Source: a bacterium (GTDB taxonomy: Bacteria; JADJOY01). Taken from it: a DNA stretch of 49,451 nucleotides. The stretch spans positions 1 to 49,451 of the forward strand of contig JAXLQJ010000053.1 in NCBI GenBank assembly GCA_046331705.1, in the 5' to 3' direction. Positions 7,998-16,953 of the stretch are shown piece after piece; position 1 is the first letter of the stretch; each line of letters starts with the position of its first letter. A program made the translations under genes and the position numbers. The notes beneath the pieces were generated by a model, which saw only the letters and a program-made list of their open reading frames with translations, ran no database searches and was not told the origin of the DNA.

Positions 7998-9356
7998 ATG
8001 CGAAGCGCGCAACGGAACGTCCTGTCGATCGTGCTCGCGGTGCTGGCGCTCTCGTTCGTTGGCGCGAGCCGATCCGCCCGCGCGGACGTGCTCGACCCCT
8101 TCTACGAGTGGGGCGCGGTCCAGTATTTCCAGTTCAACATCGAGCAAGTGGCTTACGACGCGCCCTCGCGCCAGGTCGTGGTCACGTTCTCGGTGACCAA
8201 CCCGCAGAACGGGAACGCGCCGTACGACATCTTCGTCGACGAGCCCTTTCTGCCGGACTTGATGACCGAGCTCACCATCGACATCGGCTGGAACGCGAAG
8301 GAGTTCACGAACGTGGGCAGCGGCGACCCCGAGGGTGCCGCCTATCCCATCGCCATCAACTTGCTCACGTCGTCGCACGTGCTCGCGGACAATCGCTATT
8401 GGGTGTCCGCGACCCTGCCGGATGCCGCCGTGGGAACGGGCGAGGTCGTCTTCGAAGGGCATCCGCGCTGGTTCCGCGAGTCGGCGGGGATCTACGTCCG
8501 CGTGCCCGTGAAGACCGTGTACCAGCTCTTTCCGATCACCGACGCGCAGGTCGTGCCGCGTCGCGAGGTCGTCGATTTCGCGAAATGCCAGAACTGCCAC
8601 AACGGCACCAGCAAGGACGGCTGGGGCCTGCCGATCTATCGGCTCGCGCAGCACGGCGCGAACCGCAACGAAGAGCTGCACGCCTGCCAGGTCTGTCACA
8701 ACGCCAACCAGACCGACATCCCGTTCCGCAAGTCGGGCGCCGAGGTCTCGGTGGACTTCAAGTACCTGCCGCACGCGATCCACGGCGCGATCATGCGCGA
8801 GAACCCGCTCACGGTGATCTCGTTCGGCGGCATCCCCATCCCGTTCTCGGTGGTCTCGTTTCCCGGCGGCCTGGCGAACCTGAAGAAGTGCACCAACTGC
8901 CACATCGACGTGAACGGCAAGGGCACGTTCGAGCTGCCGCTGCGCCCGGAAGTCCTGGCGACCACCGTCGACACCCGCAGCACACCGGGTGGGTTCCTCG
9001 ACATGGATCCGACCAACGACCTCAACATGACGCCGACGATGGCGGTCTGCTCGGCGTGCCACGACGGCAGCGAGGCGATCGCGCACATGACCTCGGCCAG
9101 CGCAGGCGGCTCGCGGACGGCGCTCCAGGCCGACATCGACTCGGGCGCGATTCGCGAGCACTGCGTCGATTGCCACGGCAAGGGCAAGGAGAAGGACGTC
9201 CGCGCCATCCACCTCGACGGCGAGGGCGGTGGCTGCGCGGTCGCGCGCGGGGTTTCCGCTCGCGGCGACGGCGCGTTGCTGGCGTGGGTGACGCTCGCGC
9301 TCGGGCTCGTTCGCGCCGGCCGCCGATCCCGTCGCCTCGTCGCGCGAGCGCGCTGA
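7998..9356 (+). CDS. Pentaheme c-type cytochrome resembling the C-terminal half of OmcA/MtrC, with a C-terminal MYXO-CTERM-like sorting signal
   Basis: GGAGG RBS and Sec signal ending ARA|D. Five CxxCH motifs: CQNCH 8586, CQVCH 8685, CTNCH 8889, CSACH 9048, CVDCH 9162. MtrC-type context RREVVD..KC, HGANRN, SVDFK..PHAIH, AIAHM. Tail is GGGCAV, then a TM segment, then RRSRR. Confidence 0.85.
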   Translation: MRSAQRNVLSIVLAVLALSFVGASRSARADVLDPFYEWGAVQYFQFNIEQVAYDAPSRQVVVTFSVTNPQNGNAPYDIFVDEPFLPDLMTELTIDIGWNAKEFTNVGSGDPEGAAYPIAINLLTSSHVLADNRYWVSATLPDAAVGTGEVVFEGHPRWFRESAGIYVRVPVKTVYQLFPITDAQVVPRREVVDFAKCQNCHNGTSKDGWGLPIYRLAQHGANRNEELHACQVCHNANQTDIPFRKSGAEVSVDFKYLPHAIHGAIMRENPLTVISFGGIPIPFSVVSFPGGLANLKKCTNCHIDVNGKGTFELPLRPEVLATTVDTRSTPGGFLDMDPTNDLNMTPTMAVCSACHDGSEAIAHMTSASAGGSRTALQADIDSGAIREHCVDCHGKGKEKDVRAIHLDGEGGGCAVARGVSARGDGALLAWVTLALGLVRAGRRSRRLVARAR

Positions 9357-9493
9357 GGGAAACGCGCGCGCCGGCCGCGTCCGCGCGGCGGGCCCACCAC
9401 TGCACCGCGTCTGCACCGAAGGCCGACAGGTTCTCTCGCCGAGCCACCGCGCGGATCCTCCGCGCGGGTGGTTGCGCCGCGAGAGACCCGTCC

Positions 9494-10465
9494 GTGCCAT
9501 TTGCGAGCTGGCTGAAGCGCAACGCGTACGCGTGCCTCGGGCTCGGCGCGGCAGCGTGCGAATGGCTGGCGCTGCCGATCTTCGCCGCGTGGGGCGTGGG
9601 GCAGATCGAACGCGAACGGACGGTCGCCACGTCGCTCTGCTTCTACCTGCCGTCGCTGGTGGTGGCGGGAGTACTCGCGGCGGCGTCGCTTCGGGCGCGA
9701 GCGCGTCGGCGCCTGGCAGGGGCCGCCGGGTGGTTCGTGCTGGCGCTGCTTCCGGCGATCGTGGTCGTCGCCGTCGAGAATCAGTGGACCGGCACGGCGC
9801 GGGCTCATGGCGTCTCGATGGCGACGGCCACGCGGCGGGTCGTTCACTGGAACGTGTGGTCGGGCTTCGCTGGATCGTGGTTGGTGCGCCGCGGGCTCGA
9901 GCACGAGCGTGCCGACCTTCTGGTCGTTTCCGAGCTGCCGCCCGAGCGCTCGCTCGACCTGGTGGTGCCGCGCGTCGCAGGCGACTGGTCGGCGGCTCGG
10001 CGCTGGCAGCTCGCGGTGGTCGCCCGCGGAGCGCTCGAACCCGGCGCCCTCGAGCGAAACGGCGCGGCGCGCGTCTGGCCGGTCACGTGGTGGGCGTCGG
10101 AAGGCGAGCGCATCGAGGTGCTGGTGGTCGACGTGCCGTCGGACCCGAGCCAGCTGCGCAGCCCGATCTTGCGCTGGGTGCGGCGTCGCATCACGGCGCT
10201 GGCGCCGGACTTGGTGGTCGGCGACTTCAACACGCCGCGCCGGGCGCGCGGTCTCGAGGCGCTTCCGCCCGGCTACGCCCACGCCTACGAGCGAGCGGGC
10301 TCGGGCTGGTCGGCGACGTTTCCGGTGCCCGTGCCGCTCTGGGCGATCGATCAGACGATCTTCGGCGAGCGCGTCGAGCCGATCGCGTACGTGCTGCGCA
10401 CGCCGCTCGGCAGCGACCACCGCCTGCAGCGCTTCGACTTCGCGTTGCACGCGTGCTCGCCCTGA
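9494..10465 (+). CDS. Membrane-anchored endonuclease/exonuclease/phosphatase (EEP) family protein
   Basis: Three N-terminal TM segments, then VVHWNV, LVVSE, VVGDFNTP, AIDQ and GSDHR. The start is approximate. Confidence 0.85.
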   Translation: MPFASWLKRNAYACLGLGAAACEWLALPIFAAWGVGQIERERTVATSLCFYLPSLVVAGVLAAASLRARARRRLAGAAGWFVLALLPAIVVVAVENQWTGTARAHGVSMATATRRVVHWNVWSGFAGSWLVRRGLEHERADLLVVSELPPERSLDLVVPRVAGDWSAARRWQLAVVARGALEPGALERNGAARVWPVTWWASEGERIEVLVVDVPSDPSQLRSPILRWVRRRITALAPDLVVGDFNTPRRARGLEALPPGYAHAYERAGSGWSATFPVPVPLWAIDQTIFGERVEPIAYVLRTPLGSDHRLQRFDFALHACSP

Positions 10466-10554
10466 TTCGCGCGGGCCGATCGCGCCGCGCAACCGCCTGT
10501 ATCCGGTCCCGGGCCGTCCGTGGTACGAGCGACTCTTCGTTCGTGGACCCCTCG

Positions 10555-11394
10555 ATGGCCGATCGCTCTCCATCCGCCGCGCCGTCCGGCTCGCCGCCGA
10601 CCTTCTCGCTGGTGATTCCGTGCTTCGAGGATGCGGACCGGCTCGAGCGCAATCTGCCGTTGGCGATGAATCACCTCACGCATGCGGGCGTGGACTTCGA
10701 GGTCGTGGTGGTGGACGACGGTAGCGCCAACCCCGATCGCACCGCGGAGGTCGCACGCACGCTCGGCGTGCGCTTCGCCTCGAGCCCCGCGCATCGGGGC
10801 AAGGGCGCCGCCGTGCGGCTCGGCATGCAGCTCGCGACGGGACGTTTCCGCGCTTTCACCGACGCCGACGTGCCGTTCGAGCTGGACGCGTTGGACCGAC
10901 TGCTCTGGTATCTCGACTTCAAGGAATTCCACATGGTCGCCGGCGATCGCACCCTCGCCGAGTCGGTCTGCCCGGTCGCGCAGCCGTGGGTGCGTCGGCT
11001 CGCGAGCGCCACGTACTCGCAGATCGTCGGCAAGCTCGTCGCCACCGGCTGGTACGACACCCAGTGCGGGCTCAAGGGCTTTCGCGCCGAGGTGGCCGAC
11101 GACTTGTTCGCGGTCGCACGGATCGATGGCTTCGCGTTCGACGTCGAGCTCTTCTACGTCGCGCTCAAGCGCAACTACGACATCAAGCGGATTCCCGTTC
11201 GGCTGCGAACGAGCGAGCGTTCGAGCGTGCGCCTGGTGCGCGACGGCTTCGACATGCTGAGCGACCTCCCGAAGCTCAAGCTGAATCACGTGCTGGGGCG
11301 TTACGCGCCGCGCGTCCCGGTGGCGCCCTCGGTGCAGAGCGCTCCGCGCGAGGCCGAGGCCTGGCTTCGCGAGCGGCAGCAGCTTCCGCGCTGA
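10555..11394 (+). CDS. Family 2 glycosyltransferase (polyprenol/dolichyl-phosphate glycosyltransferase-like)
   Basis: LVIPCFED, VVDDGS, RGKGAAVRLG, FTDAD, DTQCGLKGF, FAFDVE. Confidence 0.9.
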   Translation: MADRSPSAAPSGSPPTFSLVIPCFEDADRLERNLPLAMNHLTHAGVDFEVVVVDDGSANPDRTAEVARTLGVRFASSPAHRGKGAAVRLGMQLATGRFRAFTDADVPFELDALDRLLWYLDFKEFHMVAGDRTLAESVCPVAQPWVRRLASATYSQIVGKLVATGWYDTQCGLKGFRAEVADDLFAVARIDGFAFDVELFYVALKRNYDIKRIPVRLRTSERSSVRLVRDGFDMLSDLPKLKLNHVLGRYAPRVPVAPSVQSAPREAEAWLRERQQLPR

Positions 11395-11414
11395 GCGTCG
11401 GCGTCCTGCGCCGG

Positions 11415-13124
11415 TCACTCGGCAGGCAGCAGCGTGGCCAAGGCGCGCATCGCTTGCGGCGAGGTGGCGAGGATTGCCACCGCGTCCGAATCAACCACGC
11501 TCGACTCCGGCAACATCCCATCGTTCGAGTGCCACGTACCATCGGCTCGCAGCGCTTCCACGTGGAGCGGGATGCCTTCGCGCGCTGCCGCGGACACGAG
11601 CCGCGGCGCAATCTCGAGCGCCTCCGGCTCGCCGTGCGGGTGTGCGCGAGGTCCTGGCAGCAAGAACATCGTGCCCGCATCGGCGAGCCAGTCGTGGGTG
11701 CACGCGACGGCGCACGAGGTCGGCGGCGGACAGCAGGCCGCCACATCGGGGCGCTCGAGCGCGAGCGGCCAGGCCCAATGGTACGTCGACACCACGCGGG
11801 TCACGGGGTGCTCGGCCAGCTTGGGCAGAATCGCGTGATGCACCGCGACCGCCGGGTACGCGAGGTTGGGGTGCTCGACGTGAAACCGCTTCTCGTACGC
11901 TTCCACGCCCGAGAGGGTCCAGATCGCGACGAAGCCCACGGCGCCCGCGCGCGCCAATCCGCGCATCGACCACGCGTGCGCCAGTGCCAGCCCCGCAAGC
12001 CCGACGAGATGCGGGACGATGGGGGTCACGTTCCACGCGGCGCTGTCCGCGAAGCGGGTGAGCAGATGGGGCGCCAGCGTGAAGAGGCTGCCCGCCGTAT
12101 GGATCTGCGCGAGGTACCGCACGCGCGCTTCGTCATCCGAGCGCTCGCCCGCCGTCTCGTTCTCTGCGCGCCGCGTGGCCAGTCCCCGAATGCCTCCCCA
12201 CACCGCGAGCCCGAGTAGCGCGTAGAAGAGCGGCCACTCCATCAGCCGTACGCGCTCGGGGTGGAAGAGATTCGCGAAGCCTCGCTGCGCCAGCGCGAGC
12301 ACGCTCCCTCCGGCAGGCGCGGCGGTGGGCCGCCACACGAGCGACAGCATGCGCTCGAACACGGCCGGGCCGGCGGCGCGAGCGTCGAGCGCCAGCAAGG
12401 CGATCGCGCTCGCCAGCGCGCCAGCAGCGAGCGCGCCCAACCAGGCCGCCAGGCGTGCAGCGCTCGCGCTTTGCCAGCGAAGCCACGCCAGCGTCGCGGC
12501 CACGGCGGCAACCGTCGGGAACGCTGCCGGCGCCACGAGAGCCAACGCGGCGAGCGCGGCGCCGAGCAGCGCTGCGCGTCCCGATGTGGTCGCGCTGCGA
12601 GGGCCGGGTGCCAGGGTCACCGCCAGGGCGGCCGCCACCGCACCGGCGCAATAAGTGCCGAAGGTCTGGATCGTGTTGGTGATCCAGCCTTGCTGCGGGA
12701 AGAGCAGCAGAACGCCCGGCACCAGTGCCTGCCACGTGGGCAACAAGCCTCTCCACCAGCGCATCCACAGCAGCAGCGTGGTGCCGGCGAGAACGATCGC
12801 GATGAGGCGTACGGCCATCGTGATGGCGTGCGGGCTCGCGACCGGCAGCGCCGCGAGCAGATAGCCGAGGGCCACGCCGCCGCCGTTCACGTGGCCCGTG
12901 GGCGGGCTCAACACCAGCCACTCGCCGGCGCGAATGCGGTTTCGCGTGTCCACCACGTCGTGGATCTCGTCGGCATGGAGCACGCCGAAGAACCCGTTGG
13001 GGAAGACGAAGATCTGTGCGTGGATGGCGGCGAACACCAGCGCGATGGCGAGCGCGGCTAGCGTTGCGAGCCTGGCGCCGTCGCGACGGACGGCGGACGG
13101 CGTGCTCGCGCCGTCGTTGCTCAC
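11415..13124 (-). CDS. Polytopic membrane protein, possible GT-C (ArnT/PMT-like) glycosyltransferase
   Basis: About 10 hydrophobic segments, an acidic HADE motif after TM1 and a soluble C-terminal domain. The GTG start overlaps the upstream stop (GTGA 13121-13124). Confidence 0.6.
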   Translation of the reverse strand: MSNDGASTPSAVRRDGARLATLAALAIALVFAAIHAQIFVFPNGFFGVLHADEIHDVVDTRNRIRAGEWLVLSPPTGHVNGGGVALGYLLAALPVASPHAITMAVRLIAIVLAGTTLLLWMRWWRGLLPTWQALVPGVLLLFPQQGWITNTIQTFGTYCAGAVAAALAVTLAPGPRSATTSGRAALLGAALAALALVAPAAFPTVAAVAATLAWLRWQSASAARLAAWLGALAAGALASAIALLALDARAAGPAVFERMLSLVWRPTAAPAGGSVLALAQRGFANLFHPERVRLMEWPLFYALLGLAVWGGIRGLATRRAENETAGERSDDEARVRYLAQIHTAGSLFTLAPHLLTRFADSAAWNVTPIVPHLVGLAGLALAHAWSMRGLARAGAVGFVAIWTLSGVEAYEKRFHVEHPNLAYPAVAVHHAILPKLAEHPVTRVVSTYHWAWPLALERPDVAACCPPPTSCAVACTHDWLADAGTMFLLPGPRAHPHGEPEALEIAPRLVSAAAREGIPLHVEALRADGTWHSNDGMLPESSVVDSDAVAILATSPQAMRALATLLPAE

Positions 13125-14497
13125 GGCAAGGCCGCCAGACGCGGCCACAGCACCGCGAAGTAGGCGGCAGCGACCAGCTCGTGTCCCTCCGGCGTGGGGT
13201 GCATCCATTCCTCGAAGAGCGGATGCTTGCCGATCTCACCGCGTGCGAATTGCTGCTCCATCCGCGCCGCCGTGAGCCCGCGCTGCGCAGCGAGCTCGCC
13301 CAGCACCAAGTCGAGCGATGCGTTCACGGTGTTTCGTCCCATGGCGAAGTCGTCGATCACCTGCTCCAGATCGGTGAGCGCCAAGTCGCGCTCACGGGCG
13401 TAGGCGCGCACCGCCGGATTGTGGACGCGCTCGATGTAGGCGCGCCAGTCGTCGAGCGAGAACAGGGTGGCGCAGGGAGACGTGGGGCAGCGGTAGTGGT
13501 CGAAGTCGTGAGGCACGGTGGTCACGACCGCGAGCGGTATCCCGCGCGCGCTGGCGAGATCGAGGATCGCGTCGAATCGCTGGCGGGTGTGAAGCCAACC
13601 GAGGTCGAAGTCGTCGAGCATGGAGGGGGACGGAGCGCGCGGCGTGGGATGTTCGCGCGTGCACTCGGCCCGCCAATTCGGTGTCTGCTTCCAGGCATCG
13701 GGTGCGGGACGCACCACGCGTGCGGCGGAAGCGATCAAGCGCTGGCGCCGGTGGTGCTCGCGCTCCGCGGCGAGCTCCGCACGGTGGCGCGCGTGCCACG
13801 GCGAGAGCGCCGTCACGTCGTCGAGCGAGCGCTCGCCGTCGAGGTAGGCGCGCACGACGTCGTCCCCGCCTTGCCCATCCACCGGGCTCTGGCTGTCCTG
13901 GAACACGTCGCACGAGACCACGTCGTTCACCTCTTCGCCGAGGATCACGCCGTCGAGCTCGAGCGCGCCGGCCCGCCATTCGAAGAACTTCCGCGAGTCT
14001 TCCGACGTGCCACCCTGGAACGCGGCGTTGAGCACTTCGAAGCGCGTGCGCTTGCCGTGCCTCGCGGCCGCTTCGCCGAGCAGTCGTTCCAGCTTGGCGG
14101 GCCAACGCAGGTGCCAGATCCAGCCGCCGCTCGTCGAGCCTCCCAGCACCAGCAGGCGGTAGGTGTCGGGGGGCTTGGGCGTCGCATAGACCCGGTCGAT
14201 CGGCCCCAGAAAACCCTGCGGCGTCGTGGTGAAGCCCTGCGCGGTCTGACAGCCGGGAACCAGACAACGGTCGAGCGGGGCGTTCCACAAGCGCCCGCAG
14301 TCCGCGGCGCCGAACGCGGTGCAATGAACCCGCAGCAGGGCGCCTGGGCCGGGAATCGGGTCGTCGGGAACGACTTGCGCCGCAAGCGTGAAGTGGAGCC
14401 GGATGGCGATGACCAACGCCGCGCCGGCGAGCGTCGACGTCAGCGCGGTGAAGACGAGCTTGCGGAAGAGCGAAGGGCGCGGCTCGTGATCCGGCAT
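13121..14497 (-). CDS. Membrane-anchored SGNH/GDSL hydrolase-fold protein
   Basis: N-terminal TM. Block I LVLGGSTS, block II LNAAFQGGTS, block III EEVND, block V EWMHPTPEGH. Confidence 0.75.
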   Translation of the reverse strand: MPDHEPRPSLFRKLVFTALTSTLAGAALVIAIRLHFTLAAQVVPDDPIPGPGALLRVHCTAFGAADCGRLWNAPLDRCLVPGCQTAQGFTTTPQGFLGPIDRVYATPKPPDTYRLLVLGGSTSGGWIWHLRWPAKLERLLGEAAARHGKRTRFEVLNAAFQGGTSEDSRKFFEWRAGALELDGVILGEEVNDVVSCDVFQDSQSPVDGQGGDDVVRAYLDGERSLDDVTALSPWHARHRAELAAEREHHRRQRLIASAARVVRPAPDAWKQTPNWRAECTREHPTPRAPSPSMLDDFDLGWLHTRQRFDAILDLASARGIPLAVVTTVPHDFDHYRCPTSPCATLFSLDDWRAYIERVHNPAVRAYARERDLALTDLEQVIDDFAMGRNTVNASLDLVLGELAAQRGLTAARMEQQFARGEIGKHPLFEEWMHPTPEGHELVAAAYFAVLWPRLAALP

Positions 14498-14540
14498 CGG
14501 GCGATGCGGGCACGCGACGCGGGCGCCGCGGGCGCACTCC

Positions 14541-15113
14541 TCACAGATCGCGCCAGCGCGGATCGTTGACGCGCGTTTGCGCGATGAAGCGGCGCAGGTC
14601 GCCGACGGTGGTGATGCCGTGGCTCGCGCCGTAACGCAACACCTTGGGACCGCTCTTGAGCAACAGGCCGACGTAGCCGCGCACCAACAAGCGGCGAAAC
14701 GGCGCTACCACGCGAAAGCCGATCTGCTCTTCGGGATTGCGATCCACGATGGCGCGGAAGAGCGCCACGGCGAAGTCGCCCACGTCGCCGGCCACCGAGG
14801 TGATGGCGTCGATGGAGGGAGGCGTGAACCGGAACGCGAAGTCGGGATCGGAGGTGGGACCGGGAAGCAGCAAGCTCTGCCCGTCGTGGCGAAGGAGATG
14901 GAACTCGCCCGGGACGTGGCTGAAGTAGACACGGCTCGAAGCGCCGTCGGCGACGTTCTTCGCTGCGGCGATCCACGCCGGATGGCTCAGGAAGAACTGC
15001 GCGAGCTTGGAGACGTAGGGGTCCGAGTATTGGGCGCAGTCCTCGATGCCGTGCGGATGCGCGGGCGAGCCGCTGCGCTTGGCTCGCGTGCGCCCCGAAG
15101 GTTGTGTCGCCAC
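14541..15113 (-). CDS. Hypothetical protein, possible SCP2-like lipid-binding fold
   Basis: Clean ORF 6 bp downstream of gpmI. The GPTSDPDFAFRF pattern is reminiscent of SCP2 domains. Confidence 0.6.
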   Translation of the reverse strand: MATQPSGRTRAKRSGSPAHPHGIEDCAQYSDPYVSKLAQFFLSHPAWIAAAKNVADGASSRVYFSHVPGEFHLLRHDGQSLLLPGPTSDPDFAFRFTPPSIDAITSVAGDVGDFAVALFRAIVDRNPEEQIGFRVVAPFRRLLVRGYVGLLLKSGPKVLRYGASHGITTVGDLRRFIAQTRVNDPRWRDL

Positions 15114-15119
15114 CGTCGC

Positions 15120-16790
15120 CTACCGATCGAAGTGGATGAGTGACGGGTCGTAGCCGTCGGGTGTCTCGTAGCCGAGCAGCGCGAGGCAAGTCGCGGCGAC
15201 GTTGGAGAGGCCGCGGCGTGCGAGCGCCGTGTTCACCTGGTACTCGCCCGCGTAGAGCGGATCGAAGATCGCGAACGGCACCGGGTTGAGGGTGTGGCTG
15301 GTGCGGGATTGGGGGCGGCCGGTGAGTTTGTTGGGCTTCGGCTCCCCGTTCTTGTCGCGCTCGAACATGTCGTCGGCGTTGCCGTGATCGGCGGTGACGA
15401 TGGCGATGCCGCCCAGCTTCTCGACGGTGCGCAGCAAGCGGCCGAGGCTCAAATCCACGGCCTCCACGGCGAGCACGGTGGAATCCAGGGCGCCGGTGTG
15501 CCCGACCATGTCGCCGTTGGCGAAGTTGATGCGCGCGAAGCGGTGGCGTCCGCTCTCGAGCGCGCCGATGGTGGCGTCGGCGATCTCGGCGGCCTTCATC
15601 CAGGGCCGCTCCTCGAACGGCAACCGATCGGAGGGCACCTCCACGTAGGTCTCGGTCTTGGGATCGAAGCAGCCGCTGCGATTGCCGTTCCAGAAATACG
15701 TGACGTGGCCGAATTTCTGAGTCTCGGAGCACGCGAACTGCGTCACCTTCGCCGCGGCGAGCATCTCGCCCATGGTTCGGCCGATGGCCGGTGGCTCCAC
15801 CAGGTAATGCTTCGGGACGTGGGTGTCGCCGTCGTATTCCATCATGCCGGCGTAGAGCACCTGGGGGCGCTGGCCGCGATCGAAGTACGGGAAGTCGTCG
15901 TCCCCGAAGGCGCGGCTGATCTCGATGGCGCGGTCGCCGCGGAAGTTGAAGAACACCACGGCATCGCCGTCGCGGATCGGCGCGACGGGCTCACCCTTCT
16001 CGGCGATCACGAACGCCGGCAGATCCTGATCGATCACGCCGGGCTTCTCGGCGCGGAACGTCTCGATCGCCTGGGTGGCGCTCTCGAAGCGGCGCCCTTC
16101 GCCGCGCACGTGCGTCTTCCAGCCGATCTCCACCATGCCCCAGTTGGCGCCGTAGCGGTCCATGGTGACCTTCATGCGCCCGCCACCCGAAGCGATTCGG
16201 AAGCGGCGGCCGTCCTTGCCATCGAAGTCGGCGAGGATGCGCTCCAGGCGATCGACGTAGACGAGCGCGCTCGTCTCGGGGACGTCGCGGCCGTCGAGGA
16301 GCGGGTGCACGTAGAGCTGGCGGACGCCCTCCGCGGCGGCGCGGCGAACGAGCGCCTCGACATGGTCGAGGTGACTGTGGACGTTGCCGTCGGAGAGAAG
16401 GCCGATCAGGTGGAGCGCGCGGTCGCTTGGCGTGAGCCGGTCGACGATCGAGCGCCACACCGCGCCCTGCCAGAGCCGCCCCGACTCGATCGCCGCGCCC
16501 ACCAGCTTCGAGCCCTGGTCGAAGACGCGCCCGGCGCCCATCGCGTTGTGGCCGACCTCCGAGTTGCCCATGTCCTCGTCGGAGGGGAGCCCCACGGCCT
16601 TGCCGTGCGCGCGCAGCTCGATCCACGTGTGCTTCGCGCGTAGCAGGTCGAGCGTGGGCTTGCGCGCCAGCTCGACGGCGTTGCCTGCGTCGAGCTCACG
16701 GCAGCCGATCCCGTCCATGACCACGACCAGAAGCGGCCCGGGCCGGCCGCGAAAACGGGGATTCAGGGTGAGCTTGAGATCGTCGGCCAT
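15120..16790 (-). CDS. gpmI: 2,3-bisphosphoglycerate-independent phosphoglycerate mutase
   Basis: VVMDGIG, GLPSDEDMGNSEVGHNAMGAG, HPLLDGRD, GGGRMKVTMDRY, FNFRGDRA, SETQKFGHVTYF, NGDMVGHTG, TADHGNAD, SHTLNPVP. Confidence 0.97.
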   Translation of the reverse strand: MADDLKLTLNPRFRGRPGPLLVVVMDGIGCRELDAGNAVELARKPTLDLLRAKHTWIELRAHGKAVGLPSDEDMGNSEVGHNAMGAGRVFDQGSKLVGAAIESGRLWQGAVWRSIVDRLTPSDRALHLIGLLSDGNVHSHLDHVEALVRRAAAEGVRQLYVHPLLDGRDVPETSALVYVDRLERILADFDGKDGRRFRIASGGGRMKVTMDRYGANWGMVEIGWKTHVRGEGRRFESATQAIETFRAEKPGVIDQDLPAFVIAEKGEPVAPIRDGDAVVFFNFRGDRAIEISRAFGDDDFPYFDRGQRPQVLYAGMMEYDGDTHVPKHYLVEPPAIGRTMGEMLAAAKVTQFACSETQKFGHVTYFWNGNRSGCFDPKTETYVEVPSDRLPFEERPWMKAAEIADATIGALESGRHRFARINFANGDMVGHTGALDSTVLAVEAVDLSLGRLLRTVEKLGGIAIVTADHGNADDMFERDKNGEPKPNKLTGRPQSRTSHTLNPVPFAIFDPLYAGEYQVNTALARRGLSNVAATCLALLGYETPDGYDPSLIHFDR

Positions 16791-16953
16791 CGAGCGGGCT
16801 CCCGAGACGACGAGGGCGGGGCCACCGCGTGCGGCGAACCCTGCGGCAGCTGCATGTCGAGATAGCCGACGCCAACGGCGTTGAGAAGCACCGCCTCGGG
16901 CCTGGCGCGGCGGGGTCCCGCGCGCTTCGAACGCGCGCCGTGTGGCGCGCTCG

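Noticed and set aside
7880-10465. Apparent 861-aa fusion ending in the EEP domain
   Set aside because: The N-terminal part is an off-frame read of the cytochrome gene; the real EEP gene starts near 9494.
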